NCBI GenBank assembly: GCA_964372275.1
Contig: CAYJRR010000030.1
Coordinates: 1 to 38,961, forward strand
Direction of reading: 5' to 3'
Length of the DNA: 38,961 bases
From: an uncultured bacterium
GTDB lineage: Bacteria > CAYJRR01
This document shows, one piece after another, positions 15,827 to 23,441 of this stretch (position 1 is its first letter; each line of letters begins with the position of its first letter). The notes under the pieces were generated by a model, which ran no database searches, was not told where the DNA came from, and saw nothing but the letters and a program-made list of their open reading frames with translations. The translations under genes and the position numbers were made by a program.

Positions 15827-15878
15827 CTCCGGTCGTCGGAGCGGCGGCGATCCCCCCGATCGCGGGAAAGTCCCTCGT

Positions 15879-15908
15879 TTGACACGGTTTTTACGCCGGC
15901 GGTAAACT
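15879..15908 (+). promoter_or_regulatory. Sigma-70-like promoter candidate upstream of cpaB (TTGACA-N18-TAAACT)
   Basis: A perfect -35 hexamer TTGACA, an 18-nt spacer and a weak -10 TAAACT, ~50 nt upstream of the cpaB GTG. Confidence 0.3.
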
Positions 15909-15957
15909 GGCGCCACGCTTCGCTTACGTCGGCGCGGGCGTTCGAGGGTCCTCTCGC

Positions 15958-16785
15958 GTGAAGAACCGTCGTGCCCTGATCTATTCGGTGCTCTGCGCGT
16001 TCTTCGCGATGCTGTTCCAGTGCTCCTACATCAGCAAGAAAGAACGCCTTCTCCAGGGCGACTACGAACCGATCAAGGTGATGGTCGCCAAGAAGAACAT
16101 CCCCAAAGACTTCAAGCTCGACGAGACGATGGTCGAGTTCGTCGACATCCCCAAGAAGTACGTCCAGCCGAAAGCGCTCAAGGACCTCAACGAGATCCTG
16201 GGGCAGATCTCCGGCTCCACCATCTTCCAGGGGGAGCAGATCATCGCCACCAAGCTGCTCTCGATCGAGGACGCGGGGCTGGCGTTCAAGGTGCCGAAGA
16301 ACTTCCGCGCCTTCACCATCGCCGTCGACGATGTTTCGGGCGTCGGCGGGCACGTCCGGCCGGGGAACTACATCGACCTGATGGGGATCTTCGACTTCGG
16401 CGATGAGCGGAAGTCCGACCAGCGCGCGGTGACGCTCCTCCAGAACGTCTACGTCCTCGCCGCCGGCGGCGACCTCGGACAGGCGGTCCCGTTCAACGCC
16501 TCGAGCGATGACGTGGAACGGATCAACGAGATCGTGCGTCAGAAGGACGAGAAGAACTACCGTGGCTACCGGAACGTGACGCTCATGCTGACCGCCGAGG
16601 AGGCCCAGAAGGTGATGTTGGCCCAGGAGGTCGGTTCCTTGAGCCTCACGCTGCGCTCCCTGTGGGAGGGGAACACGCAGCTCCCTCTCGACAAGGTGTC
16701 GGTCAACAGCGCGGTCGGCATCCCCGAGAAGGTCTACCGCCGGCCGCGGGCATCGTATCGGGAGATTCGCGCAGGGAGCTACTAG
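15958..16785 (+). CDS. cpaB: Flp pilus assembly protein CpaB/RcpC
   Basis: A 275-aa product. N-terminal TM anchor, then SAF-like and RcpC-like regions (KVPKNFRAFTIAVDDVSGVGGHVRPGNYIDLMG... VTLLQNVYVLAAGGD). Confidence 0.85.
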   Translation: MKNRRALIYSVLCAFFAMLFQCSYISKKERLLQGDYEPIKVMVAKKNIPKDFKLDETMVEFVDIPKKYVQPKALKDLNEILGQISGSTIFQGEQIIATKLLSIEDAGLAFKVPKNFRAFTIAVDDVSGVGGHVRPGNYIDLMGIFDFGDERKSDQRAVTLLQNVYVLAAGGDLGQAVPFNASSDDVERINEIVRQKDEKNYRGYRNVTLMLTAEEAQKVMLAQEVGSLSLTLRSLWEGNTQLPLDKVSVNSAVGIPEKVYRRPRASYREIRAGSY

Positions 16786-16804
16786 CAGCTACGCAGGGGG
16801 GTTC

Positions 16805-18256
16805 TTGGAGCGGGCGCGTCGGGCGGTTCGGGAGATCCTCGCGGCGGCCGCGACCGCGGCGCTGGTGATCGTGGTCGCGCCCGCGGCCGCCCGAGCGGCC
16901 GAAGAGGTGGTGATCGTCGTCGGGAAGCAGGTGACGGTGAACATCCCGTTCCCGATCGGCAGCGGTGCCAACTCCAACCCCGAAGTGGTGCAGGCGGTGG
17001 TCGATCCCCAGAGCCGACGGATCATCTTCTTCGGCCGTCGGGTCGGTTCCGCCAGCTACGTGGTGTTCGACGCTCGCAGCCGCACCAACCGCAAGGAGTA
17101 CGACATCCGCGTCGTCGGAGAGGACCTGGCGCGGATCCGCGACAACCTGCAGCGGCAGATCGGCGACATCGAAGGGGTCGAGGTCAAGCTGCAAGGGGAC
17201 CAGGTGATCGTCGAGGGGGACGTGGCCCTGGAGTCGGAGCTGCAGCGGATCGAGAAGCTGACGCTCAATCGTCCGAACATCCAGAACCTGGTGCGCCTCT
17301 CGCCGTTGGCGATCAAGGCGACCGCCCGCACCATCCAGCAGGCGATCGACCGCCCGGAGGTCACCGCCCGGCCGCTGAAGGACAAGATCCTCCTGGAAGG
17401 GGACGTCTACTCCGACGAGCAGAAGACGCGGGCGGAGATGATCGCCACCACGCTCTTCTCCAACATCGTCAACGTCATCGAGGTGAAGCAGGTGCCGCGG
17501 CCGCCGAGCCGCGCCAAGACGATCGTGCTCAACACCCACTTCCTGGAGCTGTCCAAGGAGATGCTCGACACCTGGAGCATCAACTGGGGGACGGTGGCGC
17601 TCTCCGAGAGCGGGCTGCAGGCCTTCTTCCAGATGGACCTGGTCAACGGCGAGTTCGTCGGCGACTTCAACACCACCATCTCGGGAACGATCTCGGCCTT
17701 CCTCCCCAAGCTCGACCGCGCCAAGCCGGAAGGGGTGGTGCGGACGCTGGCCAATCCGGTGATCACCACCAAGGACGGCGAGGCGGCGTCGATCTTCACC
17801 GGGGCCACCGTCCCGTTCATCGTCGGCGTCGCGGCGAACGGAACGCCGATCGTCGATTTCAAGGACGTCGGGATCTCCCTCAACGCCACCCCCTTCGCGC
17901 AAGGGGACAGCGTCGACCTGAAGATGACCGTCGAGGCCAGCGACGTCGGGAACGTCGACCTGGCGAGCGACCAGACCGGCATCCTGAAGTCGACCTTCTC
18001 CTGCTCCCAGTTCGTCCGCGCCGGGGAAAGCGTGGCGATCGGCGGACTGTTCCGCGTCGGCGATAACGTCGTCTACAACAAGCCGGTCAACGCGCGGCAG
18101 TTCGAGGACTCGATCTTCCGGCTGTTCCTCTCGCGCTCCTACCAGAAGCGCAAGGGGCAGTTCATCGTCTTCATCACGCCGACCGTCCACGACGAGAGCA
18201 GCAGCGCCAACCGCGAGATGAAGGACGTCTTCAACCTGCAGGAAGTCGGCCAGTAG
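16805..18256 (+). CDS. cpaC: Tad secretin CpaC/RcpA
   Basis: Signal peptide, then N-terminal secretin-associated domains, then a C-terminal secretin domain (VRTLANPVITTKDGEAASIFTGATVPF...GILKSTFSCSQFVRAGESVAIGGLFR). Confidence 0.85.
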   Translation: MERARRAVREILAAAATAALVIVVAPAAARAAEEVVIVVGKQVTVNIPFPIGSGANSNPEVVQAVVDPQSRRIIFFGRRVGSASYVVFDARSRTNRKEYDIRVVGEDLARIRDNLQRQIGDIEGVEVKLQGDQVIVEGDVALESELQRIEKLTLNRPNIQNLVRLSPLAIKATARTIQQAIDRPEVTARPLKDKILLEGDVYSDEQKTRAEMIATTLFSNIVNVIEVKQVPRPPSRAKTIVLNTHFLELSKEMLDTWSINWGTVALSESGLQAFFQMDLVNGEFVGDFNTTISGTISAFLPKLDRAKPEGVVRTLANPVITTKDGEAASIFTGATVPFIVGVAANGTPIVDFKDVGISLNATPFAQGDSVDLKMTVEASDVGNVDLASDQTGILKSTFSCSQFVRAGESVAIGGLFRVGDNVVYNKPVNARQFEDSIFRLFLSRSYQKRKGQFIVFITPTVHDESSSANREMKDVFNLQEVGQ

Positions 18257-18258
18257 CG

Positions 18259-20445
18259 ATGCCGGTCAATCCGAACTGCTTCGTCATCTCGGTCATCGGC
18301 GCGCGGGACGGGGTCGGCAAGACTGTTTTCTCCTGCAACTCGGCGCTCTCCTTCCAGCGCGAGACGCGTCGCCGCGTCTGCCTGATCGACCTCGACCCGG
18401 TCTACTGCGGCGACCTGAACAACCTGATCGGCGCGCCGATCACCAAGTCGTTCGCCGACCTCGCGCCGGTGGTCGAACGCGCGCAGGCCTCGCTGCTCAA
18501 GGGGTTCATCACCCCGCACGCCTCGGGGATCACCCTCTTCCCGCTCTACAAGGAGGCCAAGGAGCTGGCGGCAATCCCGCCGGCGGCGGTGGGGCGGACG
18601 CTCGAACTGTTGACCGAGATCAACGACTTCCTGATCGTCGACGTCGGGACGGTGGTCAACGACGTCACGCTGAAGGCGCTGGAACGATCGACTGCGGTCT
18701 TCATCGTCACCACCCCCGACGTGATGGTCCTGGAGCAATCGCGGAAGCTGGTCGAACAGCTCCAGAACCTGCACTTCCCCCGCGAGATGCTGAAGGTGAT
18801 CCTGAACAAGTTCGAAGGGGAGAAGGGGCCGATCTCGCTCGAGGTGATTGCCCAGAAGCTGCAGCGCCAGCTGCTCACCGCCATCATGCGCGACGACGCG
18901 ACGGTCAGCCAATCGGTGAACATGTCGCAGCCGTTCGTGCTCGCCGCGCCGCGGGCGCCGATCACCAAGAAATACGACGACCTGGCCCGCAACCTCCTCG
19001 AGCGCGGGATCCTGGCCAACCTGCGGTCGGCGGCGAAGCCGGCGGGGGTCGCGCTCGAGCCGTCGACGGGAGGCGCCGCGCTCGTCAAGGGGCCGGCGGT
19101 CTTCAAGGCGACCGCCTCGCCGACGGCGGGCAAGTTCGGAGCCAAGAAACAGATCCAGCTCGATCCTCGCACGCAGCTCAAGCAGCGGATCCACAAGCGG
19201 CTGATCGAGGTGCTCGACCTGAAGCGCCTCGACACCGAGCTCAAGGGGAAGGAGAACAAGGAGGAGCTGCTTCGGGAGCGGACGGAGCAGGCGATCATCG
19301 CCATTCTCGACCAGGACGCGCCCGACGTCCGCGATCGCGAGGAGCGCAAGGCGATCGTCCGCGAGGTGCTCAACGAGGCGCTCGGCCTGGGGTGCCTGGA
19401 GGACCTCCTCGCCGATCCGACGGTGAGCGAGATCATGGTGAACCACCCCCACCAGATCTACATCGAGAAGTCGGGGAAGCTGACCCTTTCCGAGACGACC
19501 TTCACCGACGAGGGGCAGCTCCGCGCCGTGATCGAGCGGATCGTGGCGCCGATCGGGCGGCGCATCGACGAGAAGAGCCCCTACGTCGACGCCCGGCTGC
19601 GCGACGGCAGTCGCGTCCACGCCATCATCCCGCCGCTGGCGCTGAACGGGTCGTGCCTCACCATCCGGAAGTTCTCCAAGGACCCCTTCACCTACAAGGA
19701 CCTGGTGAAGTTCGGCTCCTTCACCGACGAGATCGCCGACTTCCTTCGCGCCTGCGTCGAGGCGCGCCTCAACATCATCATCTCGGGCGGCACCGGCTCG
19801 GGGAAGACGACGCTCCTGAACGTCATGTCCGGATTCATCCCGGCCGACGAGCGGATCATCACCGTGGAGGACTCCGCCGAGCTGCAGCTCCCGCAGGACC
19901 ACGTCGTTCGCCTCGAGACCCGGCCGAAGAACATCGAAGGGGAAGGGGAGGTCACGATCCGCGACCTGGTGCGCAACACGCTCCGGATGCGGCCCGACCG
20001 CATCGTGGTGGGGGAGTGCCGCGCCGGCGAGGCGCTCGACATGTTGCAGGCGATGAACACCGGCCATGACGGCTCACTGACCACCGTCCACTCCAACTCG
20101 CCACGGGACTGCATCGCCCGGCTGGAGACGCTGGTGATGTTCGCGGGTCTCGACCTGCCGAGCCGCGCCATCAAGGAGCAGATCGCCGGCGCCATCAACA
20201 TGATCGTGCAGCAGACGCGGCTGTCCGACGGCTCGCGCAAGATCACCTACATCACCGAGGTCACGGGGATGGAAGGACAGGTGATCACCATGCAGGACAT
20301 CTTCACCTTCAAGCAGACGGGGGTCGACGACCGGGGGAAGGTGGTCGGGAAGTTCATCTCCACCGGTTTCATCCCGAGGTTCGTGGAAGGGCTGCAGGCG
20401 CGCGGGATCAAGCTCCCCAAGGGGATCTTCCGTGGCGGGGACTGA
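18259..20445 (+). CDS. cpaF: Fusion protein: an N-terminal ParA/MinD-like CpaE/TadZ ATPase-fold domain joined to the CpaF/TadA secretion ATPase
   Basis: Residues ~1-270 carry a deviant Walker A (IGARDGVGKT), a Walker A' (VCLIDLDPVYCGD) and a Walker B (FLIVDVGT), as in CpaE/MinD. There is no receiver domain. A Pro/Ala linker follows. A complete CpaF/T2SSE ATPase follows (GGTGSGKTTLLN Walker A, the DRIVVGECRGAEA-like region, His box TGHDGSLTTVHSN). The whole protein is one uninterrupted 728-aa frame. Confidence 0.85.
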   Translation: MPVNPNCFVISVIGARDGVGKTVFSCNSALSFQRETRRRVCLIDLDPVYCGDLNNLIGAPITKSFADLAPVVERAQASLLKGFITPHASGITLFPLYKEAKELAAIPPAAVGRTLELLTEINDFLIVDVGTVVNDVTLKALERSTAVFIVTTPDVMVLEQSRKLVEQLQNLHFPREMLKVILNKFEGEKGPISLEVIAQKLQRQLLTAIMRDDATVSQSVNMSQPFVLAAPRAPITKKYDDLARNLLERGILANLRSAAKPAGVALEPSTGGAALVKGPAVFKATASPTAGKFGAKKQIQLDPRTQLKQRIHKRLIEVLDLKRLDTELKGKENKEELLRERTEQAIIAILDQDAPDVRDREERKAIVREVLNEALGLGCLEDLLADPTVSEIMVNHPHQIYIEKSGKLTLSETTFTDEGQLRAVIERIVAPIGRRIDEKSPYVDARLRDGSRVHAIIPPLALNGSCLTIRKFSKDPFTYKDLVKFGSFTDEIADFLRACVEARLNIIISGGTGSGKTTLLNVMSGFIPADERIITVEDSAELQLPQDHVVRLETRPKNIEGEGEVTIRDLVRNTLRMRPDRIVVGECRAGEALDMLQAMNTGHDGSLTTVHSNSPRDCIARLETLVMFAGLDLPSRAIKEQIAGAINMIVQQTRLSDGSRKITYITEVTGMEGQVITMQDIFTFKQTGVDDRGKVVGKFISTGFIPRFVEGLQARGIKLPKGIFRGGD

Positions 20446-20487
20446 CGCGAGCACGGCGCGGGCCGGGGGCCGGACGGAGGAGGTCCG

Positions 20488-21390
20488 GTGATCCTTCGCA
20501 TCGTCTCCAGCGCGATCCTGGGGGTCGCGGCGTTCCTGTTCGTCGTCGGCTCCTACGAATGGTTCGCGCGGCGCCTGCGCGAGGCCACCACCGAATACGT
20601 CGCCTGGATGGTGACGATGTTCGACCGGATGTTCCTCACCGTCACCGCGCGGCAGTGCGTGATCCTGATCGCCGCCAGCACCGTCGGGACCGGGCTGATC
20701 ATGTTCTGGCTCACCGGGGCGTTGAGCGGAGCGACCTGGAAGTGGTTCATCCGGCTCCTCATCATCGGCGTGGCGATGAAGGGACCGTGGATCTTCCCCA
20801 TGGGCTGGTCGCTGCCGCGGAGGATCGTCAACTGGATGTGGCGGCGGCGGGTGAACAAGTTCGACGAGCAGATGCTCGACGGGCTGACCTTCCTCGCGAA
20901 CTCGATGAAGTCGGGGCTGTCGCTGCTGCAGGCGATCGACATGATCGTGCAGGAGCTCCCGAACCCGCTCTCGCAGGAGTGGGCGCTGGTATTGAGTCAG
21001 CAGAAGCTCGGGGTGCGGATCGACGAGGCCCTCGACAACCTGGAGAAGCGGATCGGCTCCGAGGACATCCAGATCGTCTGCACCAGCATCGGCATCCTCC
21101 GCGAGTCGGGCGGCAACCTGGCCGAGGTGTTCGACACCATCGCCTACACCATGCGCGAGCGGCGGAAGGTGGAGGGGAAGATCTCGGCGATGACGGCCCA
21201 GGGGGTGATGCAGGGGATCATCATCATGGCGATGCCGTTCGTCCTGGCGGCCGTCCTCTACGCCATGGATCCGGTCCTGATCGCCCGGTTGTGGCAGACG
21301 GTGCTCGGATGGGTCCTCCTGATCATGATGATGACCCTCCAGTTCGTGGGCGGGTACATCATCAAGAAGGTCGTGACCATCGAGGTCTAG
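20488..21390 (+). CDS. tadB: T2SSF-domain platform protein TadB
   Basis: A 300-aa polytopic membrane protein with the T2SSF domain (LDGLTFLANSMKSGLSLLQAIDMIV...). GTG start preceded by GGAGGAGG. Confidence 0.85.
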   Translation: MILRIVSSAILGVAAFLFVVGSYEWFARRLREATTEYVAWMVTMFDRMFLTVTARQCVILIAASTVGTGLIMFWLTGALSGATWKWFIRLLIIGVAMKGPWIFPMGWSLPRRIVNWMWRRRVNKFDEQMLDGLTFLANSMKSGLSLLQAIDMIVQELPNPLSQEWALVLSQQKLGVRIDEALDNLEKRIGSEDIQIVCTSIGILRESGGNLAEVFDTIAYTMRERRKVEGKISAMTAQGVMQGIIIMAMPFVLAAVLYAMDPVLIARLWQTVLGWVLLIMMMTLQFVGGYIIKKVVTIEV

Positions 21391-21449
21391 AGCGGTCGCG
21401 GCCCGCCGGCGCTGGCCGGGTTCCCGGCGAAACTGCTAGATTCGGGCCG

Positions 21450-22331
21450 ATGCTGGTCCAGCTGGGAAGCCCGGTCGATCCGGAGAAGGCCCGCGCCAAG
21501 GGCCGCGAAGACGACGCGCGCCGGCGGCGCCTGGAGCGGGAGCTCCTGCGCGCCACCGGGCGGGCGATCGCCGACCACGAGCTGATCGCACCCGGGGACC
21601 GGATCCTGGTGGCGATGAGCGGGGGGAAGGACTCCTACACCCTGATGCGCATCCTCACGCTGCTCCGGGAGCGGGCGCCGGTGCCGTTCGAGCTGGTCGG
21701 AGTGAACATCGACCAGGGGTACCGCGGCTACCGCGCCGACGTCGTCGAGGACTACCTGGCGGCGAACGGCTACGAACGCCACGTCGAATCGACCGACATC
21801 GACGAGGCGGTGAAGGCGATCGTCGAGCCGGGCGGGACGGCCTGCGCCCTTTGCGCGCGCCTGCGCCGCGGGGTCCTCTACCGCCTGGCGGGGGAGCTGC
21901 GCTGCAACAAGATCGCCCTCGGGCACCACGCCGACGACGTCGTCGAAACCCTGCTCCTCAACCTCTTCTTCAACGGCACCCTCGCGGCGATGCCGCTGAA
22001 GCTCCACGCGGACGACGGGCGGAACGTGGTGATCCGCCCCCTCGGTTACTGCCGCGAGGAGTCGATCCGGGAGTATGCACGCTTGATGCGGTTTCCGGTC
22101 ATCGGCTGCATGTGCCAGCACTGCGGCGATACGTCGTTGCAGCGGCAGAAGGTGAAGGCGCTGCTGCGCGACCTCGAGGCCCGGAACCCGGGGATCAAGA
22201 GCAGCCTCCTGCGCTCGCTGAGCCGCGTGAAGCCGTCGCACCTGCTCGACCGCGGGCTCCTCCGCGCCGTCCGCGGATCTCGGCCGGGCGGCCCGGCGGC
22301 GAACGAACGGGCGGGCGGCGGCGAGGTCTGA
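21450..22331 (+). CDS. ttcA: tRNA 2-thiocytidine biosynthesis protein TtcA (PP-loop ATPase)
   Basis: PP-loop SGGKDS, plus CxxC pairs (CALCARLRRGVLY; CMCQHCGD) typical of TtcA. The ATG at 21450 is in frame with the long track ORF 20559..22331, whose upstream part is not coding. Confidence 0.8.
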   Translation: MLVQLGSPVDPEKARAKGREDDARRRRLERELLRATGRAIADHELIAPGDRILVAMSGGKDSYTLMRILTLLRERAPVPFELVGVNIDQGYRGYRADVVEDYLAANGYERHVESTDIDEAVKAIVEPGGTACALCARLRRGVLYRLAGELRCNKIALGHHADDVVETLLLNLFFNGTLAAMPLKLHADDGRNVVIRPLGYCREESIREYARLMRFPVIGCMCQHCGDTSLQRQKVKALLRDLEARNPGIKSSLLRSLSRVKPSHLLDRGLLRAVRGSRPGGPAANERAGGGEV

Positions 22332-22332
22332 C

Positions 22333-23322
22333 GTGGGACCTTGGCTCGCGACGCCGTTCGCGGCGGCCGCCATCGCCGTCGCAGTCGGGCCGGAGGACGG
22401 GAAGGCGCTGGCCGACGCGGTCGAGCGCGGGGGCGGCAGCGTGCCGTGGGGGGCGGTCGTCGTCCACCACAGCGGAGACGCCGCGGGATCGGCGGCTTCG
22501 ATCGATCGCTACCAACGGGAGTCGCTCGGCGACCCGGACGGAATCGACCACCACTTCGTGATCGGCAACGGCCTCGGGCTCCCCGACGGCGCGGTGGAGG
22601 TGACGGCGCGGTGGACGCGCGGCTCGATCACTTCGCATCTCTTCCGCGAGTCCGGCCTGCCGCCGGCGGTGTCGATCTGCCTGGTGGGAGACCTCGAGAA
22701 CGCCTCCCCCACCGCCGCGCAACGGGCGGCGCTGTCGCGCCTGATCGCGTCGCTTGCCGGCCGCTTCCGCCTGCCCATCGACGCCGTCCTCCTTCATCGC
22801 GAGGTCGAGGGACGCGGAACGACCTGCCCGGGACGGAAGCTGTCGAAATGGAAGATGCTGGAAGAGGCGGGGCTGCTGCCGGAGCGGGGCCGATCGGTCC
22901 TGGTCGAGCGGGGCGGCTCCGCCGTGAAACTGTTGCTCGGCGAGGCGGTGGTGCAGCGGTGGGAACGACTTCCCGACCGTCCGCACCGCCGGCTTCCGCT
23001 GGGCAGCTTCCCCATCTGCCGGCGCGACGAAGGGGGCGCGTTCGGCCGGACGCTGGTGATCGCCTGGCCGGGTCCCGACGAGATCCATGCCGCGCGCGAT
23101 GCGGGGACTCTCACCCCCAATGACGCCCGGCGCCTGCTCGCCGCGACCAAGACCGGGAGCTGTCCCCCGGACGACACGCCGCTGGGTGGCGAGATCGGAA
23201 TCCACGCCGGTGGGACGTCCTCCGCCGCCGAGGAGAGCGCGTGCGCCGAGCTCGAGGAGCGCGATGCCGATGCCCTGTTCGATGCGGTGCCGCTGGGAAC
23301 CGTCGTCCGGATCGTCGAATAG
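22333..23322 (+). CDS. N-acetylmuramoyl-L-alanine amidase (Amidase_2/PGRP-fold) domain protein with an unknown C-terminal domain
   Basis: VVVHHSGD...HHFVIGNGLG...SICLVGDL...LLHREVEGRGTTCPG matches the Amidase_2 zinc-amidase signature. The ~150-aa C-terminal region has no family I can name. A hydrophobic N-terminus (LATPFAAAAIAVAVG) may be a signal peptide or anchor. Confidence 0.65.
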   Translation: MGPWLATPFAAAAIAVAVGPEDGKALADAVERGGGSVPWGAVVVHHSGDAAGSAASIDRYQRESLGDPDGIDHHFVIGNGLGLPDGAVEVTARWTRGSITSHLFRESGLPPAVSICLVGDLENASPTAAQRAALSRLIASLAGRFRLPIDAVLLHREVEGRGTTCPGRKLSKWKMLEEAGLLPERGRSVLVERGGSAVKLLLGEAVVQRWERLPDRPHRRLPLGSFPICRRDEGGAFGRTLVIAWPGPDEIHAARDAGTLTPNDARRLLAATKTGSCPPDDTPLGGEIGIHAGGTSSAAEESACAELEERDADALFDAVPLGTVVRIVE

Positions 23323-23372
23323 AAAAAAGAACCGGACGGCTCGAGGGAGGGGGAGCCGTCCGGTTCATCGGG
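23323..23372. terminator. Bidirectional rho-independent terminator between convergent genes
   Basis: A perfect 14-bp stem, GAACCGGACGGCTC / GAGCCGTCCGGTTC, with a 10-nt loop. It is flanked by AAAAAA on the left, which reads as a U-tract for the minus-strand transcript. Confidence 0.6.
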
Positions 23373-23441
23373 TCGGTTTCCCGTCCCGAACTTCTCGTCG
23401 CCCGTCGCCGGGGGCGCGCGCCGGCGCCTCCGCCTGGGCGG

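Noticed and set aside
16703-20067. Long minus-strand ORFs (16703..18190, 18139..20067) across cpaC and cpaE-cpaF
   Set aside because: These are antisense shadow frames of clearly identifiable secretin and ATPase genes. The translations are Asp/Arg/Gly-rich without domains.
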